64,000 nucleotides of DNA from Candidatus Gygaella obscura (GTDB lineage Bacteria; Omnitrophota; Gorgyraeia; Gygaellales; Gygaellaceae): contig JAVCCR010000003.1 of assembly GCA_030765485.1 (NCBI GenBank), positions 4,653 through 68,652 on the forward strand, read 5' to 3'. Below the pieces are notes generated by a model that saw only the letters and a list, made by a program, of their open reading frames with translations, searched no databases and had not been told where the DNA came from. A program made the translations under genes and the position numbers. This document shows, piece by piece, positions 1-8,666 of this stretch (position 1 is the first letter of the stretch; each line of letters opens with the position of its first letter).

Positions 1-2
1 CA

Positions 3-704
3 GACAGATTTTTGCATAGGGCATATCGATATGCGTGGGGGTGTGATAAACTTTCTGCGTTTGGAGGGATAGTTGGTTTTAACCGTAAGGTGGATTTTAA
101 TATAGCTAGGTTTATTTCTCGTAGTGGATTCTTAGAATGTATCATTGCGCCTGGTTTTGACAAGAAGGCACTGGACTTACTAACAAAAAAGAAAAATGTC
201 AGAATTATGCAGTTAAACCAAGAATATTTTTCTGTAAAAGATAAGGATTTTGATATGCGTAGTATTTTTGGTGTAGCCTTAGTGCAGGAAAAAGACAATT
301 TAGATACAATTAGAGATTCTTTAAAAGTGGTTACTAAGCATAAACCCACTAAGCATGAGATGGAAAGTCTTTTGTTTGCCTGGAAAGTAGTTAAACATAT
401 TAAGTCCAATGCGATCGTATTGGCTAAAGGAACTAAGACCGTTGGTATAGGAGCAGGACAGATGAGCAGGGTTGAGTCTGTGGATATCGCCTGTAAAAAG
501 GCTGGGAAAGCGAATACAAATAATTCTGTACTTGCTTCCGATGCATTTTTTCCAAAGGAAGATTCAATTAATAAATCTGCCCGTGCAGGAATAAAAGCGA
601 TAATTCAACCAGGCGGTTCAATTGCCGATGAGGATATAATAAAAGCCTGTAATAAGCATAAAATTGCTATGGTTTTTACCGGCATAAGACATTTTCGCCA
701 TTAA
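3..704 (+). CDS. purH: Bifunctional AICAR transformylase/IMP cyclohydrolase, C-terminal part (5' end lies outside the window)
   Basis: SAFGGIV, KHIKSNAIV, GIGAGQMSRV, ASDAFFP, IIQPGGS and terminal GIRHFRH motifs; frame is open back to the window edge. Confidence 0.95.
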   Translation, partial: DRFLHRAYRYAWGCDKLSAFGGIVGFNRKVDFNIARFISRSGFLECIIAPGFDKKALDLLTKKKNVRIMQLNQEYFSVKDKDFDMRSIFGVALVQEKDNLDTIRDSLKVVTKHKPTKHEMESLLFAWKVVKHIKSNAIVLAKGTKTVGIGAGQMSRVESVDIACKKAGKANTNNSVLASDAFFPKEDSINKSARAGIKAIIQPGGSIADEDIIKACNKHKIAMVFTGIRHFRH

Positions 705-722
705 GCATTTCTGCCGTTAATA

Positions 723-2039
723 ATGACCTACCAAGATTGCCTTTTGTATTTTAACTCGTTTATCAATTACGAAAAGATTATAGTTCGTAAAAAAGGCATG
801 CCTTACAGGTTAAACCGTTTTAAAGCTTTCTTGAAATTTTTAGACAATCCTCAGAATACTTTAAGGTGCGTGCATGTTGCCGGTTCAAAAGGTAAGGGTT
901 CGGTTTGTGCATTTACCGCTAATATTCTGAAAGAAGCAGGGTTTAAAGTTGGGTTTTATACCTCTCCGCATTTAACTGATATCAGAGAAAGAATAAGGAT
1001 ATTGACACCTTTTAATAAAGACAAGAGCAATGTTTTTAACGGGATAATAACCAAAAAAGAATTTGTTAGATTGATAGAGTTTCATAAGCCGAAGATTGAA
1101 GCATTTTGTAAGAATTCTGGCTATGGAAGGATTTCATTTTTCGAATTTATTACGGCTATTGCTTTTATTTATTTTAATAAAAAAAGAGTAGATTTCGCAG
1201 TTATTGAAACAGGGATGGGGGGAAGACTTGATGCAACCAATACAGTTAAGGCATTAGTTAATGTTATTACACCAATAAGTTATGAGCATATGTATGCCTT
1301 AGGCAATACTTTAAAGAAAATTGCAAAAGAAAAATCAGCTATAATAAAAAATAAATCTTCTGTCGTCTGTATTGATAAGCCAAAAGATGCGTTAGGAGTA
1401 ATCCGCCAAAGATGTAAAAAAGTAAAGGCAGAGTTATTTATTGTGAACAAAGATATATTATTTAAAGGCATGGAGAATAATTTTTTTATCAGTGGTATTC
1501 TTGGTAAGTATAATAAACTTAAGATTTCTCTTATTGGGGAACATCAGTTAGTTAATGCAAGCTTAGCCGTTGGGGCAGTAGAGTGCTTACAAAAAAAAGG
1601 TATTAATATTGAACTTGATAAGATAAAAAGGGGTTTATATAATACTATTTGGCCTGGTAGATGCGAAGTTATACAAAGAAGGCCTTTGGTTATTCTTGAC
1701 GGAGCCCAGAATGTTGCTTCAGTCAAAGCCTTGATTAAAACTGTCTTAGCAAGCTTTAAATTTAGCCGCATTATACTTGTTTTGGGCATTTCACAGGATA
1801 AAGATATCACTGGTATTTGTAATCAGCTGCGCAGGGTATCGGATAAGGTTATTCTTACTTGTGCAGATAATCCCAGGGCAACACAGCCAGAAAAACTTGC
1901 AAAATATTTCAGACAAAAAGATTTATTTATAACGTCTGATGTTAAAGAAGCACGTAGAAAAGCCATTAAGTTAGCACAAAAAGATGATTTAGTTTTAGTT
2001 ACTGGTTCATTATTCTTGATAGGTGAATATAGGCAATGA
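723..2039 (+). CDS. folC: Folylpolyglutamate synthase/dihydrofolate synthase
   Basis: HVAGSKGKGS P-loop, YTSPHL, ETGMGGRLDATN, WPGR, LDGAQN, VTGSLFLIG. Confidence 0.95.
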   Translation: MTYQDCLLYFNSFINYEKIIVRKKGMPYRLNRFKAFLKFLDNPQNTLRCVHVAGSKGKGSVCAFTANILKEAGFKVGFYTSPHLTDIRERIRILTPFNKDKSNVFNGIITKKEFVRLIEFHKPKIEAFCKNSGYGRISFFEFITAIAFIYFNKKRVDFAVIETGMGGRLDATNTVKALVNVITPISYEHMYALGNTLKKIAKEKSAIIKNKSSVVCIDKPKDALGVIRQRCKKVKAELFIVNKDILFKGMENNFFISGILGKYNKLKISLIGEHQLVNASLAVGAVECLQKKGINIELDKIKRGLYNTIWPGRCEVIQRRPLVILDGAQNVASVKALIKTVLASFKFSRIILVLGISQDKDITGICNQLRRVSDKVILTCADNPRATQPEKLAKYFRQKDLFITSDVKEARRKAIKLAQKDDLVLVTGSLFLIGEYRQ

Positions 2040-3424
2040 AAAAAACCAAAGAGACTATAGCGGCAATTTCAACTTCAACTGCTGCAGCAGGTATTGGTAT
2101 TGTGCGTATTAGCGGTGAAGAAGCATTCGCTATCGCAGATAAGATATTTAAATCTGGTAAAAGATGTAAATTATCAAAGTTTAAGAGTCATACTATTAAT
2201 CACGGCTGGATTGTAGATAGAACAAAAAAACAAGACGAGCTTATTGATGAAGTTTTAGTTTCCAAGATGGATGCCCCGTTTACTTACACAAAAGAAAACA
2301 CAGTAGAAATTAATTGTCATGGTGGGATTGTCGGTTTGCGCAGAATACTTGAATTGACTCTTCAATATGGTTGCCGTTTAGCTGAACCAGGAGAATTTAC
2401 CAAAAGGGCGTTTTTAAACGGCAGGATTGACCTTACTCAGGCAGAGGCAGTAATTGATATTATTAAATCTAAGACAGATATTGCCTTAAAGTTTAGCAGC
2501 CAGCAGTTGAAAGGGGCACTTTCTAAGGAGGTTCGAAGTATAAGAAATATATTGCTTGAGGCTCTCGCATTCCTAGAGGCAGATATTGATTTTCCAGAAG
2601 AAGAAATTGGTAAACTGGATTACAACAGAATAGCTAAATTATTAAGAAAGGCTTTTATTAAAATTCAAGATATGATTAATTCTTCGAGAAAGGGCAAGAT
2701 TATCAGAGAAGGTATTCATGTGGTTATTTGCGGCAGGCCCAATGTGGGCAAGTCTTCATTACTTAATGCACTGTTAAAACAGGAACGTTGTATTGTAACG
2801 CATATTCCCGGGACAACCAGAGATACAATTGAAGAGATAATTGATATCAGGGGTATTCCTGTAAGGATAGTTGATACTGCGGGCATACTGGAATCAAAAG
2901 ACCTGGTAGAAAAAAAGGCAATTCAGCGTTCAAGAGAGCAGATTAATTCAGCCGATATTGTGATTTTGATGTTTGATGCGAATAGGAAGCTGTCAAAAGA
3001 TGATATTTTGTTAATGGGTAGACTTAAGAATAAAAATTGTCTAGCCGTGATTAACAAAGTTGATTTAAAAATAAATATTGATAAAAAGTTTATTAAGAAT
3101 GAATTTAACAATTTGATAGAGATTTCTGCAAGGAATTTTAAGAACATCCATATTTTAGAAGAAGCTATCGTCAGTTTTGTTTATGGGAGTAATAGAGATA
3201 GTGAAGAAAATATTCTTATTAGTAATAAAAGACATATAGAAAAAATCAGACAGTCTTTTATGTTGTTGCAAGATGCATCTATCTGGATAGTATCAGAAAA
3301 GAATCCTGAACTGGCGGCACAAAACATAAAAGATGCTTTAGGTTGTTTGGATGATATAATAGGAAAAAGATTTTCAGAAGAGTTGTTGGAGAGAATTTTT
3401 AGCGAGTTTTGCATAGGAAAGTAA
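2036..3424 (+). CDS. mnmE: tRNA modification GTPase MnmE
   Basis: [46 protein letters not shown]-terminal FCIGK. Confidence 0.97.
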   Translation: MKKTKETIAAISTSTAAAGIGIVRISGEEAFAIADKIFKSGKRCKLSKFKSHTINHGWIVDRTKKQDELIDEVLVSKMDAPFTYTKENTVEINCHGGIVGLRRILELTLQYGCRLAEPGEFTKRAFLNGRIDLTQAEAVIDIIKSKTDIALKFSSQQLKGALSKEVRSIRNILLEALAFLEADIDFPEEEIGKLDYNRIAKLLRKAFIKIQDMINSSRKGKIIREGIHVVICGRPNVGKSSLLNALLKQERCIVTHIPGTTRDTIEEIIDIRGIPVRIVDTAGILESKDLVEKKAIQRSREQINSADIVILMFDANRKLSKDDILLMGRLKNKNCLAVINKVDLKINIDKKFIKNEFNNLIEISARNFKNIHILEEAIVSFVYGSNRDSEENILISNKRHIEKIRQSFMLLQDASIWIVSEKNPELAAQNIKDALGCLDDIIGKRFSEELLERIFSEFCIGK

Positions 3425-3438
3425 AGTCGAGGAGAACT

Positions 3439-3999
3439 ATGATACAAAAGAAAAAAATCGAGAAAGCGGTAAAGGAAATATTAAGCGCAATCGGGGAAAA
3501 CCCGAAAAGGAAAGATCTTTTAAAAACCCCTGAGCGCGTAGCGCAGATGTATGAAGAAATATTTTCTGGTATTAATAAAGATCCTAAAAAAGAATTAGAG
3601 GTTTTATTAGATCAAAAGCATGATGAGATAGTTCTTTTAAAAGGTATTCCTATATATTCGGTATGTGAGCATCATCTTTTACCTTTTTTCGGAAAAGCTA
3701 ATATCGCTTATATTCCTAAGCAGGGAAGAGTAACTGGACTTAGCAAACTTGCGCGTGTAGTTGATATATTATGTAAAAGACCTCAGATTCAGGAACGCTT
3801 GACTACACAGGTTGCTGATATAATTATGGAAAAACTTAAACCTCTGGGAGTAATGGTTGTTATTGAGGCAGAACATCTTTGTATGTCAATGAGAGGGGTA
3901 AAAAAACCTGGAACGTATACAGTTACCTCTGCCGTAAGGGGGGTTTTTAAGAAAAATGAGAAGACTCGTTTTGAAACACTTTCTTTAATCGGAAGATGA
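3439..3999 (+). CDS. folE: GTP cyclohydrolase I
   Basis: [36 protein letters not shown]; ATG 3439 follows GAGGAG RBS, so the ORF-track start at 3409 is probably too long. Confidence 0.96.
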   Translation: MIQKKKIEKAVKEILSAIGENPKRKDLLKTPERVAQMYEEIFSGINKDPKKELEVLLDQKHDEIVLLKGIPIYSVCEHHLLPFFGKANIAYIPKQGRVTGLSKLARVVDILCKRPQIQERLTTQVADIIMEKLKPLGVMVVIEAEHLCMSMRGVKKPGTYTVTSAVRGVFKKNEKTRFETLSLIGR

Positions 4000-4388
4000 T
4001 TAAACGGATCATAGAACATAAACATATAAAGCCTATTTTAAAAAGTTTTGTTTTTGCTTTTAGCGGTTTAGCCCACATCTTTAAAAATCACCGTAATGCT
4101 CGTATTATTTTGTTTATCGGTATTTTGGTTTTAGCTGCAGGGGTATATTTGAAACTATCGACTATTGAGATGACGATAATTATTTTAGTCTGTGGTCTTG
4201 TATTGATCGGTGAGATATTTAATACCATGCTAGAAGATATTGTTGATTTGGTTACGGATAGTAAATTTCATCCTATTGCAAAGATAATTAAAGACATGGC
4301 TGCAGCTGCAGTTTTACTAGCGAGTTTCCTCAGTATATTAGTGGGGATATTGGTATTTTTTCCAAAGCTAAATTTATTATGGCGTTGA
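3996..4388 (+). CDS. dgkA: Prokaryotic diacylglycerol/undecaprenol kinase family
   Basis: [33 protein letters not shown]; three hydrophobic helices. Confidence 0.88.
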   Translation: MIKRIIEHKHIKPILKSFVFAFSGLAHIFKNHRNARIILFIGILVLAAGVYLKLSTIEMTIIILVCGLVLIGEIFNTMLEDIVDLVTDSKFHPIAKIIKDMAAAAVLLASFLSILVGILVFFPKLNLLWR

Positions 4389-5917
4389 ATAAAAATATAA
4401 TTATTGCTTTCCTGGCAATTTTCATTTTGGGTTGGTTTGTTTATATAAATAATCTTGATAATAGTTTCGTATACGATGATTACCTGCTTGTGGTGGATAA
4501 CCCGGCAGTAAAATCTTTTAAATATCTACCCGATATCTTCAAGCATGACCTTTACTATTATGTAAGTGCCAGTAATTTCTACCGGCCGATAGTTTCTTTA
4601 AGTCTTATGTTTGATTTTGCCTTTTGGAAATATAATTTCCGAGGATACCATTTAACTAATAACCTGCTGCATATTTTAAATGTTTTACTTCTGTTTTTTT
4701 TAATCAGGAAAATATCAGGCAACGAAGCACTGAGTTTAATCACTGCAGTGCTTTTTATGGTCCATCCTTTGCATACCCAGGCAGTAACCTATATATCCGG
4801 TAGAGCAGATCTTCTTTATGTGTTCTTTGGTTTGCTTTCTTTAGGAATTTTTATCCACGCCTCTCAGTCTAAGTCTATATTGTTAACCTGCCTTTCTTGT
4901 TTCTGTTATATCCTATCTTTACTAAGTAAAGAAGTGGCTTTGGTTTTTCCTTTTTTAATCCTGATGATAATGTTTCTTTTTTATAAAGAATACCTCAGTT
5001 TTAGAAAATACGGCATTTTTTTGCTTATTGCCGCTTTTTATCTTTTGATGAGGATGACCTTATTGAAAGAGATACTGAATAACCCGCAGCCAGTATCTCT
5101 TGGTTTAGGAGTCAGGTTATTAAATATGCCTAAAGTGTTATTCGCTTACATTTTATTGCTTATTTTTCCTGTAGGTTTACATATTGATCGTACATTTGAT
5201 GTTAGTTTTTCTTTTTTTAAAAAAATAAATTTTAATTTATGGCCATTTTCTTTTCAAATAGAAAGAGTTGATTATCAACTTTTGTTTAGTTGGTTGATTT
5301 TGATTTTATTCATTGTGTTATTAATACGAATTGGTAAAAAAGAGAAGCTTATGTTATTTTCTAGCCTTTGGTTTTTTATTGCTTTTTTACCTCTTTCGGG
5401 CATACTTGCTTTAAATGCTTTAATTGCTGAACACTGGATATATTTGCCTAGTGTAGGTTTTTTTCTGATCATAGCGGCTTTAGTTTACAGGTTAAACTCT
5501 ACGTATTTTCTAAGATATTTTTCATTGGTTGTTTTTTGTACGATTGTTTTAAGTTATTCTTTGTTGACCATAAAGCGCAACAGGGATTGGAAGGATGAGA
5601 TCGCTCTTTACACCAGCACCTTATTTTCTCTTAACGGTAAAGGCAGTCCCAGATTATATTATAATTTAGGATGCGCTTATCTTGATAGAGGTATGGTAAA
5701 TAAGGCAATCACACAATATAAAAAAGCTATTTCCCTAAGGCCTAAAAGAAAACTGCTTTATTACTATAGTTTATCTTTGGCTTATCTGGTAAAGAAGGAT
5801 TATAATAATGTAAGAGAAGCCATCAAGAATATGTTAAATATACCTGCAGCCAATATCAATGAAGAGCGTTTATTAAATAAAGCAAAAGATATTTTAGAAA
5901 AAATAAAAGAGAAGTAA
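4379..5917 (+). CDS. TMTC-like GT-C membrane glycosyltransferase with C-terminal TPRs
   Basis: FVYDD, YRP, HPLHTQAVTYISGRADL, SKE, AEHWIYLPS, RNRDW motifs; many TM helices; TPR-like YYNLGCAY. Confidence 0.75.
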   Translation: MALNKNIIIAFLAIFILGWFVYINNLDNSFVYDDYLLVVDNPAVKSFKYLPDIFKHDLYYYVSASNFYRPIVSLSLMFDFAFWKYNFRGYHLTNNLLHILNVLLLFFLIRKISGNEALSLITAVLFMVHPLHTQAVTYISGRADLLYVFFGLLSLGIFIHASQSKSILLTCLSCFCYILSLLSKEVALVFPFLILMIMFLFYKEYLSFRKYGIFLLIAAFYLLMRMTLLKEILNNPQPVSLGLGVRLLNMPKVLFAYILLLIFPVGLHIDRTFDVSFSFFKKINFNLWPFSFQIERVDYQLLFSWLILILFIVLLIRIGKKEKLMLFSSLWFFIAFLPLSGILALNALIAEHWIYLPSVGFFLIIAALVYRLNSTYFLRYFSLVVFCTIVLSYSLLTIKRNRDWKDEIALYTSTLFSLNGKGSPRLYYNLGCAYLDRGMVNKAITQYKKAISLRPKRKLLYYYSLSLAYLVKKDYNNVREAIKNMLNIPAANINEERLLNKAKDILEKIKEK

Positions 5918-6393
5918 TGAAAAAACTATATATTGTGTTTTTATTGATATTTTTATGCGGCTGTGCGGCTTATAAGTATGAATTGAGTCAAAAAAAATAC
6001 GATAAAGGTTTTATCGTCAGGCGTCATGGGTTGCTGATTCCTGAATACACAATTGATGATCAGCAAAAAGCCCCGAAACAAAAACAGCTTGCGCAGATGC
6101 GTTTTAAAAGACGAAAGGTTATAGTAAGTTATTATTATAAACAAATGGGACTTATATATAATGATGCTATGACGCGCACAGCTGATTTTGGTAATATGAT
6201 GACTGGTATATTTAGACTTCCTGGGGCAGTTAAAGAAAATAAAAAGTATGAAACAGACGAAGAGTACAGAAAACATTCTGATAAGGAGTTGGCAGAAGAA
6301 GAAACAGCGGTTATAGCAAAAAGACAAAGTCTAAGGGAGCAATTGGCTGAATATATAAAACGAGATATAGAATTTGAGAAGAGCTTAGAATAA
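5917..6393 (+). CDS. Hypothetical lipoprotein
   Basis: Signal peptide with LCGC lipobox; start overlaps upstream stop (TAATG). Confidence 0.7.
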   Translation: MKKLYIVFLLIFLCGCAAYKYELSQKKYDKGFIVRRHGLLIPEYTIDDQQKAPKQKQLAQMRFKRRKVIVSYYYKQMGLIYNDAMTRTADFGNMMTGIFRLPGAVKENKKYETDEEYRKHSDKELAEEETAVIAKRQSLREQLAEYIKRDIEFEKSLE

Positions 6394-6419
6394 TTGATAT
6401 TCTTTGATAGACGTATTAG

Positions 6420-6448
6420 TTGAACAAGCGTTTATAAAAAGATATACT
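6420..6448 (+). promoter_or_regulatory. Sigma70-type promoter of the MoxR operon
   Basis: TTGAAC-17 bp-TATACT; AGGAGG RBS at 6481-6486. Confidence 0.6.
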
Positions 6449-6490
6449 TAGTAATAGATTTTCCAGAAATTTATCCTACAAGGAGGGGTT

Positions 6491-7417
6491 ATGGACAATT
6501 CTTTAATTAAGGCGTTGTTGGATAATATTGAAAAAGTCATTGTCGGCAAGACCGAAAAGATAAAGCTGTTGATAACCGGCTTACTTACTAACAGTCATGT
6601 TTTAATAGAAGATGTCCCTGGTCTTGGTAAAACTATGCTTGCTTTATCTTTATCAAAATCAGTCTCGGGAAAATTCAAAAGGATTCAGTTTACGCCCGAT
6701 TTATTGCCGTCAGATGTCACAGGAGGCTATGTATATAATCCCAAGACAGGAGAGTTTGATTTTAGAGAAGGTCCGATATTTGCTAATATTGTTTTAGCTG
6801 ATGAAATCAACAGAACTACCCCTAGAACCCAGTCGGCACTTTTAGAGTGTATGCAGGAGTATAAGGTTACAATTGACGGCAATACCTTTACTCTTTCGAA
6901 CCCTTTTATGGTTATAGCTACCCAAAATCCCATTGAATACCAGGGAACATATCCTTTGCCTGAGGCGCAGGTGGATAGATTCATGATGAAGATTAATATG
7001 GGGTATCCTACCGAGGAAGAAGAAGTAAAAGTCATCTCAGAGCAAAAACAGGTTCATCCTGTGGAAACGCTTGATGCGGTCATGGGTTTGGAGCATATCG
7101 CTAAGCTTCAGGAAGAAGTAAGAAAGGTACAAGTAATGCCAAATATCTTAAATTATATCGTTAAGATAGTTGCATTAACTAGAAAAAGAGACGATATCAA
7201 AGTAGGTGCAAGCCCTAGGGCTTCGATTTCTCTTATGAAAGCAAGTTGTGCCTGGGCTTTTATTGAAGGCAGAGACTACGTTATTCCGGATGATATCAAT
7301 AAGCTGGCTATATGGACATTAAAGCATAGGATTAGCTTGGAGCCAAAGTCTCTTATAGTAGGCAAAACCGCGGAGATAGTAATCTCGGAGATCCTTAAAG
7401 AAATACCCATTCCTTAG
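6491..7417 (+). CDS. moxR: MoxR family AAA+ ATPase
   Basis: EDVPGLGKT, RIQFTPDLLPSD, LADEINR, ATQNPIE, YPLPEAQVDRF, GASPRAS. Confidence 0.95.
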   Translation: MDNSLIKALLDNIEKVIVGKTEKIKLLITGLLTNSHVLIEDVPGLGKTMLALSLSKSVSGKFKRIQFTPDLLPSDVTGGYVYNPKTGEFDFREGPIFANIVLADEINRTTPRTQSALLECMQEYKVTIDGNTFTLSNPFMVIATQNPIEYQGTYPLPEAQVDRFMMKINMGYPTEEEEVKVISEQKQVHPVETLDAVMGLEHIAKLQEEVRKVQVMPNILNYIVKIVALTRKRDDIKVGASPRASISLMKASCAWAFIEGRDYVIPDDINKLAIWTLKHRISLEPKSLIVGKTAEIVISEILKEIPIP

Positions 7418-7421
7418 GTCC

Positions 7422-8666
7422 ATGCTTAAGACATTCATTAAGAAATGGGTATTTATTTTTGTTCTGCTTGTATTTAGCTTTATCGGTTCTTTAAAGAGTC
7501 ATATAGTTTTTTTTAATATTTTCTTCTGGATCCTTTTATCAATAATATCATTGGAATTGCTCTGCGTAGTGGTGGTTTTTTTTGCTGCTAGATTTAGTTT
7601 TAAAAGAATCCTTCCGTATAAGAGCGTAGAGGACGAAGAAATCACCATAAAAACAGAGGTTAAAAACCGCTCGTTTTTGCCTTGTTTTAACCTTGTTTTG
7701 GAAGATTTCGTCTACTGCGCGGCTCCTTCAAGGCAAAAGCATACTATTATTTTCGAATATATTGGCCCAAAAAAGAAAGTCGATTTAGTTTATCGGTGTT
7801 TTTGTTATAAAAGAGGTAGATATAATATTGGTCCTTTAAAGATATTCTTTTTTGGTCCGTTTGGTTTGGCTTTTTTCAAAAGAAAATATGATGTATTCTC
7901 AGAGATTTACGTATATCCGAAAACTTTCTCTATTCAGAAAATAGGACCTTTGACTAAAGGGATTGCTCCTTGGTTTGGAATTGAAACTAGTCGTGTAAGT
8001 GGAGACGACGACGAGTTTTTTGGTGTCCGGGAGTATAAAAGCGGAGATCCAATTAAGCGAATTCATTGGGCAAGCACAGCAAAAAAAAATAAGCTTATAG
8101 TTAAGGAATTTCAGAGACAGAGTTTTTATCGGGCCAGTATAATTTTTAATCTAGAAAAGGATACAAATTTTGGCGCGGGTAGGGAAAAAGTAGCTGAATA
8201 CATGATAAAACTTGCCGCTTCCATTGCTAAATATTTTACTATGAATGGCGTTTCGTTTGAGATCATCTCGCATATAGGGGAAATGGTACATATTCCTTTC
8301 AATAAGGGAGAAAGCCATCTTGAAGAAGTTATGAAGTTTTTTACAGTGGCTGAAGCGCAGAGTGCGGTAAGTCTACGTGAAATATTTGAAGAATTCTCCA
8401 GGCGTCTGCCTAGCGAATCCAGCATGATTGCCATAATGCAGGACACAGATTGGGAATGTTTTCCTGCGATGATGTCTTTACGTGTAAGAAATATCTCGCT
8501 TTTACCGATAGTTCTCGTTTCTTCGAGCTTTATGGATAAAAAAGATTCCTATAAAAGCGCGCACGAAATAAAATTAAACGTATCCAAGGCTATTGATTTT
8601 GTTCCGATTTTTGTTTCTTGCGGGGATAATCTCGAAGAGCTGTTTTTGTCTTCTAATATAAAATGA
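7422..8666 (+). CDS. DUF58 domain membrane-anchored protein
   Basis: N-terminal TMs, RGRY, VYP, EFFGVREYKSGDPIKRIHWASTAK, LIVKEF. Confidence 0.9.
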   Translation: MLKTFIKKWVFIFVLLVFSFIGSLKSHIVFFNIFFWILLSIISLELLCVVVVFFAARFSFKRILPYKSVEDEEITIKTEVKNRSFLPCFNLVLEDFVYCAAPSRQKHTIIFEYIGPKKKVDLVYRCFCYKRGRYNIGPLKIFFFGPFGLAFFKRKYDVFSEIYVYPKTFSIQKIGPLTKGIAPWFGIETSRVSGDDDEFFGVREYKSGDPIKRIHWASTAKKNKLIVKEFQRQSFYRASIIFNLEKDTNFGAGREKVAEYMIKLAASIAKYFTMNGVSFEIISHIGEMVHIPFNKGESHLEEVMKFFTVAEAQSAVSLREIFEEFSRRLPSESSMIAIMQDTDWECFPAMMSLRVRNISLLPIVLVSSSFMDKKDSYKSAHEIKLNVSKAIDFVPIFVSCGDNLEELFLSSNIK

